Assembly: GCF_963921235.1 (NCBI RefSeq)
Contig: NC_086097.1
Location: 38,256,001 to 38,320,000, forward strand
Origin: Mobula hypostoma
Lineage: Eukaryota
Length of the DNA stretch: 64,000 bases
Reading direction: 5' to 3'
A model generated the notes under the pieces. That model worked only from the letters and a program-made list of their open reading frames with translations. It was not told the DNA's origin and ran no database searches. Position 1 is the first letter of the stretch, and every line of letters begins with the position of its first letter. This document shows positions 1 to 13,780 of the stretch, in pieces. Both the position numbers and the translations under genes were made by a program.

Positions 1-1185
1 AACACCTACTGCCCCCCATGACCCTGTGGTTTCAGTCTCTGAAGCCAATATGAGAGTGAACCCACGGAAAGTATCCAGCCCAGACGGGGTATCTGACTGA
101 GTACTCAAGACCTGTGCTGATCAACCTGCTGGAGTGTTCACCGATATCTTTAACCTCTCACTTCAGCTGTCACCTGCCCCCCCTGCCTCAAGCAGGCTTC
201 GATTATTTTGGTGCCTAAGAAGAATGTGGTAACCTGCTTCAGTGATCATCACTCGCATGTAATGGTCATTGAGTAATACACAATGTATTGCTCACATTCA
301 CCTGGGAAGTGCTTTGAGAGATTGGTGATGAAACATATCAACTCCTGCCTGAGATGGACCCAAGTCACCCCCCACTACAGGCCAACAGCAGATCCCATTT
401 CATTGGCTCTTCACTCAATCCTGGAACATCTGGACAGCAAAGATGCATGCGTACATTAGGATGCTCTTAATTGACTACAGCCTGGCGTTCAATACTATTA
501 TCCCCTCAAAAGTGATCAATAAGCTTCAAGACTGTGGCCGTGCAATTGGATCCCCTGCTCTGCTCACTTTATACTTATGACTGTGAGGCTAAGCACAGCT
601 CCAATGCCATATTTAACTTTGTTGACAATGGCACTGTTTTTAGCTGAATAAAGGATGGTGAGAATAAGCATACGGGAGGAAGGTTGAAAATCTGGCTGAG
701 TGGTGCCACAACAACCGCTACTCATTCAATGTCAGTAAGACCAAGGAGCTGATGATTGACTTCAGAAGGAGGAAACTGGAGGGCCATGAGCCAGTTTCAT
801 TGGGGATCAGAGGTGGAGAGGGTCAGCAACTGGAAATTCCTTTGTTAACGTGAATGTGCAATACAGGTTGTTCATGAGCTCTGCAGTACCAGGTTCAGCT
901 CTTGAACCAGAGGGGATAACTTCGCTCAACTTCACTTGTCCCATCACTGAACAGTTCCCAAACCTATGGACACACCATCAAGGATCCTTCATCATATGTT
1001 CTTGATATTCATCGCTTTTTTTTGTACTTTGGGTGTTGTCATTTACACATTGGTTGTTTGTCCTGTTGGGTGTGGTCTTTCATTGATTCTGTAGTGTTTT
1101 TTTGGATTTACTCAGTATGCTTGCAAGAAAACAAATCTCGGGGTTGTATATGTACTTTGATAATTTACTTTTAACTTGAACTTTG
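1..1185 (+). mobile_element. Degenerate Rex1/Babar-type LINE fragment (RT region to 3' tail)
   Basis: Broken RT motifs ([33 protein letters not shown]) and the family tail ...tactttgataa...tttacttt..aacttgaactttga. Confidence 0.75.
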
Positions 1186-2345
1186 AAAAAGATAAATGAG
1201 GGTAGAAATGTGGATGTTATCTATTTGGACATTACCCAGGTCTTTGAGGTCCAACGTAATCAGCTGTTCTGGAAGTTTGGGTCCCATGGAATCCAGGAAG
1301 TGTTGGGTTGGATTCAAAATTGGTTCAGAGATGGGAAGTTAAAGCTGGTGGTTGAATGTTTCATGGAATAGAGGCCAGTGATTTGTTTTTTGCCACAGGA
1401 GTGGTGTTGAGACACTTGTTTGTTAATTATGTAAATGACTTAGATGCAAATTTACAGGTTTTGATCAGTAAGATTGCGGATGGCATGAAATTAGGAAGTG
1501 TTGTTGATGGCGGAGAAGGTTATTGAAGATTATGATCTGTTGGAGAAGTTGAGGTGTGGCAAGTGGATTTCAATACTGATAAGTGTGAGGTGAAGCATTT
1601 TGGAAAGTCAACCCAATGTAGGACTTGTACTGTGAATGATAATGGACTAGGGAGTGTAATGGAACAGAGCAACGGAGGAGTGCAAATGCAGAGTCTAGTG
1701 AAAGCATTTCATAGGTTGACAGTGGTGAAGAGGGTGTTTAGCATGTTTGCCTTCACTCAGGGCGCAGGGTATAGGAGCTAGAACATTATGTGGCAGTTGT
1801 ATGAGTTGTTGGGGAGGCTGTAATTGGAATACTGTTTAGTGTTATAAGAAAGACATAAAATTAGAGAGCGTGCAGAAAAGATGTACCAGGAACTTGCCAA
1901 GACTAGAGGTCCTGAGTTATAGTGAGCGGCTGCCCCAAAGCTAGATCTTTATTCCTTGAAATTTAGGAGAATGAGCAGGGCCGGCGATCTGACAGAAATG
2001 TTTAAAATTGAGAGGAATCAATAAAGCGGGTGGTAACCAGCTTGCCATGATGGGGTGGGGGGGGGAACTAAAGCTAAGGGACATCGATTTACGGGTGAGA
2101 AGGGAATGCTTTAAAAGGAATTTGAGAGCAACTTTTTCCCCACACAAGTTGATGAGGGTATGGAATAAGCTGCCAAAGTACAATAGTATCATATAAGAAG
2201 CACTTGGTTTGCTCCATGCAGGGGCAGTACTTGGAGATGTGGGCCGACTGCAGGAAATTGGGACTAGGTAGGTGGACAGCGTGGTCAGCATGGGCTCACT
2301 GGGCCATGGGTCCTGCATCCATGTTGTATTGCTCTATGACCCATT
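1186..2345 (+). mobile_element. Degenerate CR1 LINE fragment
   Basis: ORF pieces DEGRxVDVIYLD, WQVDFNTDKCEVKHFG, RVWNKLP. Confidence 0.8.
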
Positions 2346-4529
2346 AAGTCAGTGTTAAGCTAGTTTTGCTATGCTGATTGATTCTTCTCATTAACCTAAC
2401 ATTTTATGCTATTGCATTCCTTGCCACATCACTGTAACGGACTCGAGGTTTTCTAACTTTAAACCCTGAGGCTTTGGTGATTTTTCAGATCCTTGTAACA
2501 ATGTGTGTCCCTGCAGTTGTACCTTTCTTACTTTGCAGCCCTGCCAGTTCCTTGATGTTAAACAATTCATCAAATCTATGAATAATTTTAGCAACAGAAC
2601 ACTGTCAGCAATATCATTACTCTTGTTCAGAACAATAGATAACATGCCAGAATTCCAGTGGGGAGGGGAATGTGTCAAGAGGTCATCACTCAAGTCCCCT
2701 TTTCAGGCTGTGTTTCTTTGACCACTTGTAGTATTCACTGCTTCCTCTGTAAACTGCCTGTTGCATGTACCTCTTAGCTGAGACATGTGGTACCAGCCAT
2801 TAACAGAGGCAAATTTTCCCTTTAATTTCCTTTTGGAGAGTTTCTGCTGGCCTATAAGTTTTTTTCAGATTTTCCTTCCTAAGCTTATTTTTTTTGTGGA
2901 GCCTGTCATGGTACTTTATCTTGTAATGCCTTCTAGTGCTGTATTTCTTGTAAACAACATTGGTTTCCAAACAAAACAATCAAATAATTTTATTGATGTG
3001 AAAGACATTGTAATAAAGGTCAAAGCACATTTTTAAAATTAAATCTGCTACATCCTGCATCTATCTTCTGTTAAATTGATTGGGCATAATATGGTACATG
3101 GAGACAAGAAGTCTGCTGTAGACTGGGAACTGTTCCATGCATTCTGTTGAGGCCTATTGCTGTTTGTCTTTTATCTCAGTTGTTTTTGTGATGACCTTTT
3201 GTGAGGCATCAAATGATAACAAGTTTGTATATTTTTCTGCAGTGCATTGTCATATTGCGTGTTCTTGGAATAATTTAATGAGTACTAAATTGATCTGTGC
3301 AATCAGTTTTCAAAAAGCATTTGTCAGGGGACTGGTCAGTAAATTAATTTGGCTGCAGTCTGTGGATAGGCCATACTTGTGGACTCCAGTTCTGCCGCAT
3401 TTCATTGTAATGAATTACCTTCTGCTATGTGGCAATCAAAGGAAACTTCTACAATAGCACAGAAGTAACTGTGCAACTTTCAGAGAAAGGTGAACTTTGA
3501 AGGACGAGGTGAGCTTGTGCTCCTCATGGGAAAATGTCGTGGGTTACTTGACATCCACGTGAGGCAGGAGACAAACCTTGATATAATGTCACATCTGAAA
3601 TATTGGCACACTCAACCTGTAGCCATAGGTAAACTATCAATACAGATGGTGCTGTGCAATCTCAAGTCTGAGCCAGAAGTACAACCAGTCAAACTGACGT
3701 AAATAACTTGGTTGTTATCTTTATTCTCGTAGACTGAAGTTTATCTCATCACAGATTTTAAAGGGAAGAACAATAAGGAATTGCTGAAAGTCGTAAATTG
3801 AAGACATTTGTAGTGAATATTTGATTCCATTTAAAAAGTTTGCTTTTACACATTAATTTTGCAGTTGCTCACACATTTGATCCTCAGTGAATATTGCTAT
3901 AAAATACAATGGGAGAAAAAAAGAAATCAGTTATAAACAACATAACTTTACAGATGTAGTCTTGTGTGATTGGTCAGCCATTTATAATTTTTTTCGGAAC
4001 TTTCTATTATCTGATTGACCAGTCATTATGATCAATCTTGTGAATCTACATTTCAAGTTGTTTTGAGTAAGTTTAACCAATATAAGCAATTATCCCTTAA
4101 TTTGCATTCCCATCTGTCTCAAATTATTTGAAAATTTCTCTAATTGGGACTAATTGTGCAGCTAGCCATATTGAAATCCAAGTAGTGGCAAATTCCCTTT
4201 AAACACAGCCCTGTAAGAAAAAGCAAAAATAATGATTTTAAGAAAAAAAGATAAGATTAGAAAAACAGTAAACTAGATATTACCAAGGATATAGTTATTT
4301 TCTTGGCATGCTAGTCTATTAGATGCACATCAGTGTGGCAGTATTACTCTTTACATGACTGTGCCTATGAGCTTAGTATGGTATTATATTTGTTACTGCC
4401 ATTGATGGGAAATTTACTGAAACACATCTATTTTGGAACCTAGTTTGAGTAAATGTTGCTGGAATGGTTCAGCAACTGTACCACTACCCGTGGATGTGAC
4501 AACTGCTGGATAATTTTTTTTTCTTTTGA

Positions 4530-4745
<216 letters not shown>

Positions 4746-4769
4746 TGAAGAATATATAAACATAATGAC

Positions 4770-4870
4770 TTAAGTCCTGATGGAGGGACTGGGCCCCAAA
4801 CATTAACTGTTTATTCCCACCCATAGATGCTGCCTGACCTACTGACCACCTCCAGCACATTATTTGTTGC
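4770..4870 (+). repeat. Degenerate Penelope pLTR-derived short repeat
   Basis: gtcctgatggaggg...ccaaaac...atagatgctgcctgacct...ctccagca, similar to the Penelope 3' end at 17345-17444. Confidence 0.65.
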
Positions 4871-4904
4871 TATAGTGGTTAAGTAATTGGCCAAACCCTG
4901 CAGA

Positions 4905-5191
4905 GAACACACAAAAGTTGCTGGTGAACGCAGCAGGCCAGGCAGCATCTCTAGGAAGAGGTACAGTCGACGTTTTGGGCCGAGACCCTTTGTCAGGACT
5001 AACTGAAAGAAGAGCTTTCTAGTTTCTAGCTCTTCTTTCAGTTAGTCCTGACAAAGGGTCTCGGCCCAAAACGTCGACTGTACCTCTTCCTAGATATGCT
5101 GCCTGGCCTGCTGTGTTCACCAGCAACTTTTATGTGTGTGTGTGTTGCTTGAAATTCCAGCATCTGCAGATTTCCTCGTGTTTGCGTTTTT
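4905..5191. mobile_element. Penelope pLTR-derived palindromic insertion with 12-bp TSD
   Basis: Inverted arms 4913-5016 and 5028-5131 (2 mismatches); flanking direct repeat AAACCCTGCAGA at 4893-4904 and 5192-5203. Confidence 0.9.
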
Positions 5192-5669
5192 AAACCCTGC
5201 AGAATCCTGGGTTGATGATAAGGAGTTACAAGTATAATTCTCAATGAAGCAGCTAAAGAATTTTAAGTTTAGTTAAGTCAATCTGAAATAATAATTGTAC
5301 TGGTAATGATGGAAAAACTGGAGTGTTTTGCTTAATAAGTCAGATTCACTAATATCCTTTGGGGGAAGGAAATTTTCCATTCCTCTGTGGAAAAATTGCT
5401 GTAATGTTCATGAATGCACAAATCAATTGAGTTTAAAATTTCAAAATAACGCAAAGGACTAATAAATGGTTTTTTTCAGTTTTATCATTGGATTATCTGG
5501 ACCAAAGCCATCCATTTCCAAAGTCCAATCTTGCTTAATTGAAGCTTCAAATTACTGAGGGAAAAGCTATATATTTAGAAATGATGATGTAACTGCCATT
5601 TAAGGACTCCTTTATTTATGTCTCCACCATCTGAAATGCCTTATCTGATTCTGGTGCACCAGGTGTGAC

Positions 5670-6427
5670 AAAGGTTCAAAGTACACTTTATTATCAAAAT
5701 ATGTATACATTTTACAACCTTGAGATTTGTCTCCTAACAGGCAGCTACGAAACAAAGAAATCCCAAAACAAATCCCATATATGCAAAAAGACTGTAACAC
5801 CCAATGTTCAGAGAATAAAAAGCACACGTCCATAAGAAAATAAAAGAATAAAATAACCCTTAAAAAAAGATTATCCAACACCCAATGTGCAATGGGGGAA
5901 AAAAACATCATGCAACAGTAACTGGAAGCAAATAGTGTTTCTGAACTGAGGTCCGCAAGAGGGTTCATCACAGAGCTGAGTAAACATCGTAGAGCAATGA
6001 TCTTAATTGGCCCATACTTCACCTTAGCCCGACACCCTGACCTTTTCAATCTGGCCTAGCACTTAACTCTCTATCCAAACAATGGGTCTGCTGCTTGGAT
6101 AGGCTAGACTACACTGCTTTGATTTGACCTGTAAATCTCAGTCCGCATATCATGCTCAGTTACATTTGGCACCTGGACCCTGTGGCTTCGATTCGGCCTG
6201 CGCCCGATCTTTCATGCTCTTCCGTCCTCTCAGCGATGGGCCTGCCATGCCGCCTCGCCTAACCTCTGTTTTGCCACATCCAACTGCCTCCAAGTCCAAA
6301 GGGAAGTTACAGACTATTACTTGCAATGATTGTTTGTAGGTAAAAAGCGTGGTTAACAAAGTATTTAGTTGCTATCCTTGTTTTAGTAGCTACCAGCCAG
6401 AAGTCAGAGGTTCACCGGTGCCATCTT
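5670..6427 (-). mobile_element. Non-autonomous retroelement with AAGATGGC head and Rex-type 3' tail
   Basis: Minus strand starts AAGATGGC (plus gccatctt, 6420-27) and ends ...gataataaagtgtactttgaacc; no RT coding. Confidence 0.6.
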
Positions 6428-7346
6428 AACCGGAGCACCTTTCAATCTGTAAATGATACGTGCACCTGACCACACAAATACCACTTCCAAGGAGAACGGT
6501 CACTGTAACATGCTGTCGATGATTTGTCCTTTTGGGGGAAAACTGAAGTCTATTTCTATTAAATCTTGGCTTTCCACTCCTATAAATGCAATCTATTACT
6601 TTGTCTGACTGAAAGTTTTTTTTAACGGAACTGACGCTACTTTCCATTTGGACACCTTTTTAGTATTACTTTTCAGCTTTCAGTGATTTAACATAAGTAG
6701 AAAATTCTGGAAATATTCAGCAAGTGAGGCAATGTTTGTGAATTGTTACCTCTTAACATTGACAAGCATTCATTAGAGATGGTCATCGCTTTTGTTGAGT
6801 TGTGGGTATAGGGAAAAGGTTTCAATACATTGGGTGAAGACCAACATCCAAGGAGTTTATTATGAAATAATAAGCTGCTTCAAGCCATATTCTAAAATGC
6901 TGTTACTTGGTGTTTCTTCTCTCTTTTTTTATATACAAGAAGTAGGAGGCCCCATTAAGCCCCTTGTGCCTGCTTCATCATCTAAGGCAGTGACTGATCT
7001 ATTGTTTTGGTGAAGTTTTCCTATGTTAGCCCTATGTCATTTGACAACCGCTTGCTCTTTAAATGTGATTTTTAAGATCACATTAATAGGAAACAAGACT
7101 TTTCTGCAAAAATGAGATTAAGCAAATGACAGGTGAAGATATTTCTATTCCATTCAATGAAAGTATAGGCAGTTTGTGAAAATTCCGGGCCTTTTATCAC
7201 TAGGTTTCTTTGCACTTCGTTAACTCCACGTCATAGTCAGCCTGTGTATGGTGGGCCAAAGAGCCTCTATGTTTTCCATAGATGTTCCCACTGTATGAAT
7301 AACTTTGGCACAACTCGCTTGCACCACCTCCTAGTTTCATTTTACT

Positions 7347-8350
7347 TTCTTTTTAAATCTTTTTATTGAGTAAGTATACAAAAAAGGTAAGCCATATAAA
7401 CATTAATACAATGTTAAAGTATAATAAAATTCCAAAAGGTATCAATACCAAAAAAAATACTACAAACAATGTAATTTAAACATAAGAAACCAAGATAACA
7501 TAATAGTATACTAAATTTTATATATATCAATGGAAAAAAAGAAAAAAAAAACCCCCAAAAAAAACCCACCGTGCAACTAACTAAAAGCAAGGCAAAGCAA
7601 TGGGCTAACTTGAAACCAAACAGAGTTAAACTTAAAATCACGTCCTCAATCCCGACCTCCATTAAAAACAGTGAAAAAAAAACAAGAAGGGTAAATATTA
7701 CATTAAATGAAAATATCGAATAAAAGGTCCCCAAATCTGTTCAAATTTAAATGAAGAATCATAAAGGTTACTTCTAATTTTCTCCAAATTCAAACATAAA
7801 ATCGTCTGAGAAAACCAAAAAAAGGTAGTTGGAGCATTAAGCTCTTTCCAATGTTGTAAAATACATCTTTTCGCCATTAAAGTAAGAAATGCAATCATTC
7901 TACGGGCTGAAGGGGAAAGATTACTAGAAATTTTAGGTAGTCCAAAGATAGCAGTAATAGGGTGAGGAGAGATATCTATATTTAATACCTTAGAAATAAT
8001 ATTAAAAATATCTCTCCAAAAAGTTTCCAAAGTAGGGCAAGACCAAAACATATGAGTTAAAGAGGCTATCTGCCCCGAACATCTATCACAGAAAGGATTA
8101 ATATGCGAGTAAAAACGCGCTAACTTATCTTTGGACATATGTGCTCTATGAACCACTTTAAATTGAATTAGGGAATGTTTAGCACAAATAGAGGAAGTAT
8201 TAACTAATTGTAAAATCTGCCCCCAATCATCCACAGAAATGGTAAGCCCCAATTCCTGTTCCCAATCTACCCTAATCTTATCAAATGGAGCTTTCCTAAG
8301 TTTCATAATAATATTATAAATCATAGCCGATGCACCTTTCTGACATGGAG
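7347..8350 (-). mobile_element. Young 5'-truncated L1-clade LINE (ORF2 C-terminus plus 3' UTR)
   Basis: Uninterrupted ORF 7698-8324 with zf-RVT-type CDRC...HMFWSC; AATAAA and A-rich tail; perfect 15-bp TSD TAGTTTCATTTTACT (7332-46, 8351-65). Confidence 0.92.
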
Positions 8351-8559
8351 TAGTTTCATTTTACTGAAGGGCTTGTGACTGTGATCTAAGTCACTGGAGA
8401 AACACTGAAACTGCAAATATAGGAGTCTTTATCCAGTACAAGCAGGCATTCTTACAGAGAAACTCTTAGTCGAGGCTCACAAGCCCTTTAGGTACATCAC
8501 TTTTATACACTTTGTAACTTTAAAGGGAGACAGAGGAGTTCACAATGTGACCCCAATAA

Positions 8560-8712
8560 CTTTGTGTTTAATTCAAGCGAGGTGCACACATGGTAACGTG
8601 ATTACATAAGCAATTCACAGGTTTATACATGTAACGTATTGAATTATTGAAACAAATGAGAATGCTTAATCAAACAGTATATTGAGAAGATTACTGAAAT
8701 ACTAAATACACA
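8560..8712 (-). repeat. Possible solo-LTR remnant
   Basis: Resembles short LTR-like repeats (minus strand begins tgtgtatttagtatttcagt); no internal coding sequence seen. Confidence 0.3.
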
Positions 8713-9334
8713 AAACCCTTAAGATTAATGGTATCATGATACAATACAATTTCAATAGTTGCACTGACGACATTCCTTCAATATTTTGGGTTGACAGTCC
8801 TTCCTTTGCAGTATCTACAGTGACAGATGCTCTGAGTATTCAGACACTTGTCACAAAGTAATTCACACATCGTCTAAAAGCTTCTGGGGGCAGAAATCCC
8901 AGACATCCAGAATTAATGTTGACAGGCTGTCTCTGAGTACACAAGTGTGGCCTGCCAGCTTGCACTCCAAATCACAATGGTGCAAGTAATTTAGCCATGT
9001 TGCCTGGTTTGATGCAGGCCAATTAACACAATCAGATTGTTTTAATGTTTGGCTCTTGCATATGTAATCTCAGTCTGTGGAACAGCCTGTGCTTTTGACT
9101 ACTTGCAATTTACAAAAAAAACCTGAAGACTAAATGCAAGATTCCTGAAATTGCATTTATATTAAGAACTGAAGCCCAGATTTTGTAGGAATTAGTAACT
9201 GCCATATTCGCAAACTCCAGATTATGCCCTAACAGGTCTCATTTTATTTGACAGCACATATTGGACCACAGTCAGTGCAGATCTAGAATAATATTTTCTC
9301 CTTGCTGATAATACTCTGGCAGACATCAAGGATG

Positions 9335-10420
9335 TGAGCTTAGCCCACTGCTGTACTCTCTCTACACCCACCACTGTGTGGCTAGGCACAGCTCAAATGC
9401 CATCTATAAATTTGCTGATGACACAACTATTGGCAGAAATTCAGAAGATGAGGAGGAGGAGCACATCAATGAGATAGATCAGATGGTTGAGTAGTGTTGC
9501 AACAACCTTTCGCTCAGTATCAGTAAAACTAAGGAATTGATTGTGGACTTCAGGAAGGGGAAGTTGAGGGAACAAGCAGCAGTCCTCATGGAGGGATCAA
9601 CAGTGGAAAGAGTGAGCAGTTTCAAGTTCCTGGGTGTCAACATCTCTGAAGATCTGTCCTGGACCCAACATAATGATGCAATTACAAATGAAGCACGAGA
9701 GCATTTACGTTTCATTAGGAGTTTGAGGAGATCTGCTATAACACCAAAGACTCCAGCAATTTTTTACAGATGTGCCATAGAGAGCATTCTAACTAGTGGC
9801 ATCACCGTCTGTTAGGGAGTGGCCACTGCACAGGATTGGAAAAAGCTGCAGAAGGTTGCAAACTCAGCCAGCTTCATCATGGACATTAGCCTCCCCAGCA
9901 TCAAGGACATCTTCAAAAGGTGATGCCTCAAAAAGGCAGTGCCCTTCATTAAGGGCCCCATCGCTCAGAGCATGCCCTCTTCTCATTGCTACTGTTGAGG
10001 AGGAGGTACAGGAGCCTGAAGGTGCACATTCAACATTTTAGCAACAAAAATACAAGGAAGTCTGTAGATCCTGGAAATCCAAAGCAACAGACACAAAATT
10101 GTTGAGGAACTCAGCGGGTCAATCAACGTTTCGGGCTGAGACCCGGTCCTGATGAAGGATCTCAGCCCAAAACATCAGCCGTTTACTCTTCCATAGATGC
10201 TGACTGGCCTGCTGAGTTCCTCCAGCATTTTGAGTATGTTACTTTAGGAATGGCTTCTTGCTCTCTGCCATCAGTTTTCTGAATGGACAATGAACCCGTA
10301 TACTCTACTTCACTTTTTATTGCTCTTTTCGCACTATTTAATTTGTATGTGTTGCATTGTACTGCTGCTGTAAAACAATAAATTTCACAACATATGCCAG
10401 TGATATTAAAGCTGATTCTG
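9335..10420 (+). mobile_element. Rex1/Babar-type LINE 3' fragment, interrupted by a pLTR repeat
   Basis: KFADDTT, IVDFRKG..VERVSSFKFLGVNISEDLSW, FYRCAIESILT; tail gtgatattaaagctgattctgat. Confidence 0.8.
10048..10240. repeat. Penelope pLTR-derived partial palindrome
   Basis: gaggaactcagc...cgtttcgggctgagaccc followed by inverted gtcctgatgaagg...gctgagttcctccagca. Confidence 0.75.
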
Positions 10421-11017
10421 ATTTGTGCATGGTAGAATATCGGAGAACCTTCACCAGACCAATCCAGGAAGAGCCATAGGTTAAAGTTAGCTCATGAACA
10501 TAGTATGGAAATTCGTACTCTATTTCTTTGGTGAAAAACAGACATTTAGGTCTTTCATCTGTAATTGTTAACTGTTTTAGAGATGACTCAAGATAGTGAG
10601 CATGCACTCATTTTGTCATACATTGTGGTGTTAATTCAATAGGGTAAGCTTGCACCAGAAGTGGCCGAGTTTCATTATGAATAATAAATATGCATACAAA
10701 CTAAACCCATTAATAAACTGAGCGATATATTGTTTGAACATTAATGATTTAAAATAATTGCTATTAATTCTCAGTTCATTAACAGTTCGAAAGGTATACT
10801 TTGCATGCATGATATCAAATGTATGAAATTGTGGAAATATGGAGAAGATGCATTTTTATGTGAACAACCATGGAGCTATTTTCTGTACAGTACTGAGTGA
10901 TAAGATTTGAGTGATATTAACAATGGGAGTTAATGGTCATTTGGTTCTTTTTGATTGGCAGTGGGTATGATTTATGTTTCTGCAGTTCCTTTTTAAAGGA
11001 TGTAATTAGTAACATGT

Positions 11018-11245
11018 TGTGTCCTTGAGCAAGGCATTTAATCACACATTGCTCTGCGACGACACTGGTGCCAAGCTGTATGGGTCCTAATGCCCTTCCC
11101 TTGGACAACATTAATGTCGTGGAGAAGGGAAACTGGCAGCATGGGTATCTGCTGGTCTTCCATACAACCTTGCCCAGGCCTGCACCCTGGAGAGTGAAGA
11201 CTTTCCAGGCGCTGATCCATGGTCTCGCAAGACTAACAGATGCCT
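11018..11245 (+). mobile_element. 5'-truncated copy of the SINE at 42125
   Basis: Close match to 42197-42419 (gtgtccttgagcaaggca...gactaacagatgcct); lacks the tRNA head. Confidence 0.85.
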
Positions 11246-11306
11246 AAAAAGAAATTGGTTACGGAGTTATGATGGGAGGAGACTTTCAAATTTAAGCTTT
11301 GTTTAA

Positions 11307-11570
<264 letters not shown>

Positions 11571-12039
11571 TAGGAGAAAATTAAGTGATTCTGGCCTAAT
11601 CTTGTACTATTGGTAGATTAAGGACAATTTAGTTGAAGACACGCAGATTTCGGGGATAACAACTAAAGCGAAGTTTTATAAATAGTGAATTCATTTTAGC
11701 ATTCTTGTTAATTCTAAAGTTTGTGTTTTAAAAAATATGAATTGAGCTGTTATTTAAGCTGAATAATGGGTCAGAGCTTGTTTGCAAATTTCAGCTCTTC
11801 CCCAAACTGCCAGCATTTCTCAGCATCTGCACTGTCAAGTTTGCAGTATGTAACAGGTGAGCATAACCTTCCTGTAACTGTGAATCTGCCTGCTGATCTA
11901 GCATCACATTACATCTCAGCAAGTCCATCCGTTTCAGTAGAATTAAATAGTTATGTGGAATGAGCAAGTGATTTTTTAATTTCTTAAATTTTAGTTTTTA
12001 GAATTTTTTGTTTTCATATTTTTAACATTAGCTTCTTGT

Positions 12040-12800
12040 AAGATGTCAGTGCTCTAGGGTGCAGCAGCCATTCGAGGTCTAACCAAAAGTATAATTGCTC
12101 ATCCTTCAAGTCTTTTTCGATCACAAGGCGCTGCTGAATATTAAGAAATTCAAGTACTGCAGGTTTACTCCATCAGCAAGTTGCTCAATAGTAACCGAGC
12201 TACACTTACTGCGTAGCTCTGTTGTTGTTGTCTGGACTTGAGTACCATTGTAGTGCCAAGGTGGTGTGCGTTTCAACAAACGGAGCGAGTGATTGTCTTG
12301 GACATTTTTCCTGTCGGACTTCGGTGATGTAGAATACTGCAATTCTGTTTCTCTGCTTCATTGGCGAGACTGGCAGGGAAGCTGCCTTGCCTCAATTGTT
12401 GCACCAACAAGGCCCTCATGCCACGGTGTTGCCTGTTGCAACTGCCCAGAAGAGAAGGTGCCAGTGGCGGTGTGAGAGAGAACCGAGGCATCTGTGAGTG
12501 CACTGGAATCTGTACTGGGTTGGAGGCTGTCTTCTCCCGTGGGTATCACCCTCTGGTGTTCACTTGGTGAAAGATTAAGCTGGACCAGGACAACATTCCA
12601 TGCATCATCAGTCCACAGGCAACTTGGGGGACTTGGGCTATATTATATTTCTTTGTGGCTGGATGTTTTTCTGTTATGGTAACTATATGCGCAATATGTG
12701 CTGTGTGCTATTGGTAATGTGTTTTGCACTTTGACCCTGAAGGAATGCTCGTGCATTTGGCTATATTCATGTACACTTGAATGATAACTAAACCTAATTT
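12040..12800 (+). mobile_element. Old non-autonomous retroelement with Rex-type tail
   Basis: Starts aagatgtcag (degenerate AAGATGGCGG); ends ...gttttgcactttgaccctga...gaatgataactaaac. Confidence 0.5.
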
Positions 12801-13639
12801 ATGATTTTAAGTATTTAATATATTGAAACACTTCAACAACTTGGCACAAAGGGCTGTCATTGTTTTCAGGACTTTTGGAGTGGAAAAGGGGGCACCAGGT
12901 CCAGCTGTTGTAAGGCCTTGCCATTTAGATTATGATCAATAATACCAGTTTGCCAATATCAATGGATGTGCAAAAAGTGCGTATGCCAGTGTCATTGGTA
13001 TCAAGTACTGGACTGCTATAAATAGAAGTCTGATGTGATGTATTTTAACAGGAAAGAGAAGGGCCAACTTGAGCAGTCAGCTCAAGATCTGCAGGAAAAA
13101 ATTGAGATGACAGTTGAAAGAGCTCAAAGTTAGTTTTTTCTAAGATGCTAGTTAAGCTTCAACTGAAGCACTGTGGCTATTTCTGGGCATGTTGCCTTGA
13201 AAAAGAATGTTAAATCATAAGACTGACTGTCAAGTAACTTTCAAAGTGAAATAGAAAACGCCATCGAGTTTATAAGAAAAGAGCAGGACGTGGGGGGAGG
13301 ATTAAAAGGGGCGGATAAAATGAGCTCTTGTCTTGCTGCATTATTCTGTGAAATTTGGTTTGACATTCAAGAGGTGTTCATTATATTAAAGATTGCTCTC
13401 TTAAAAAGTGGGAAACTAAGATTTCTGCCTTTCAGTGTACAGTTTAATGTTATTGTGATTTGTGTTTAGTTTTGATCTGCATTTTTTTTAAGAATCAAAG
13501 TGTTTATTATCCTCTGTAGATGCTGCCTGACTTGCTAAATTCCTCCAGTATTTTATATGTGATATCAGGAGAACTTCATCTGTTTCATGGCAGGTCTCAG
13601 TGTGCTCTTCTATCCAGTTGATTGACAGGGATATCTCTG

Positions 13640-13780
13640 TTTTAATGTCTCAGTCTGAAGGCTGCTTCTCTGACATTGCTGAACCGCCACACTTGGGCAC
13701 CAAGATGTCAGCTTGGACATGAGAAAGGTTACTAATTCAGCTTTTTGTTCAGAGGCAGAGGGTGGCACAATAAGAAAATG
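13640..13780 (-). mobile_element. Possible ancient Deu-domain SINE remnant
   Basis: gttttaatgtctcagtctgaaggctgcttctctgacattgc...gatgtcagcttgga resembles the antisense DeuSINE core. Confidence 0.35.
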
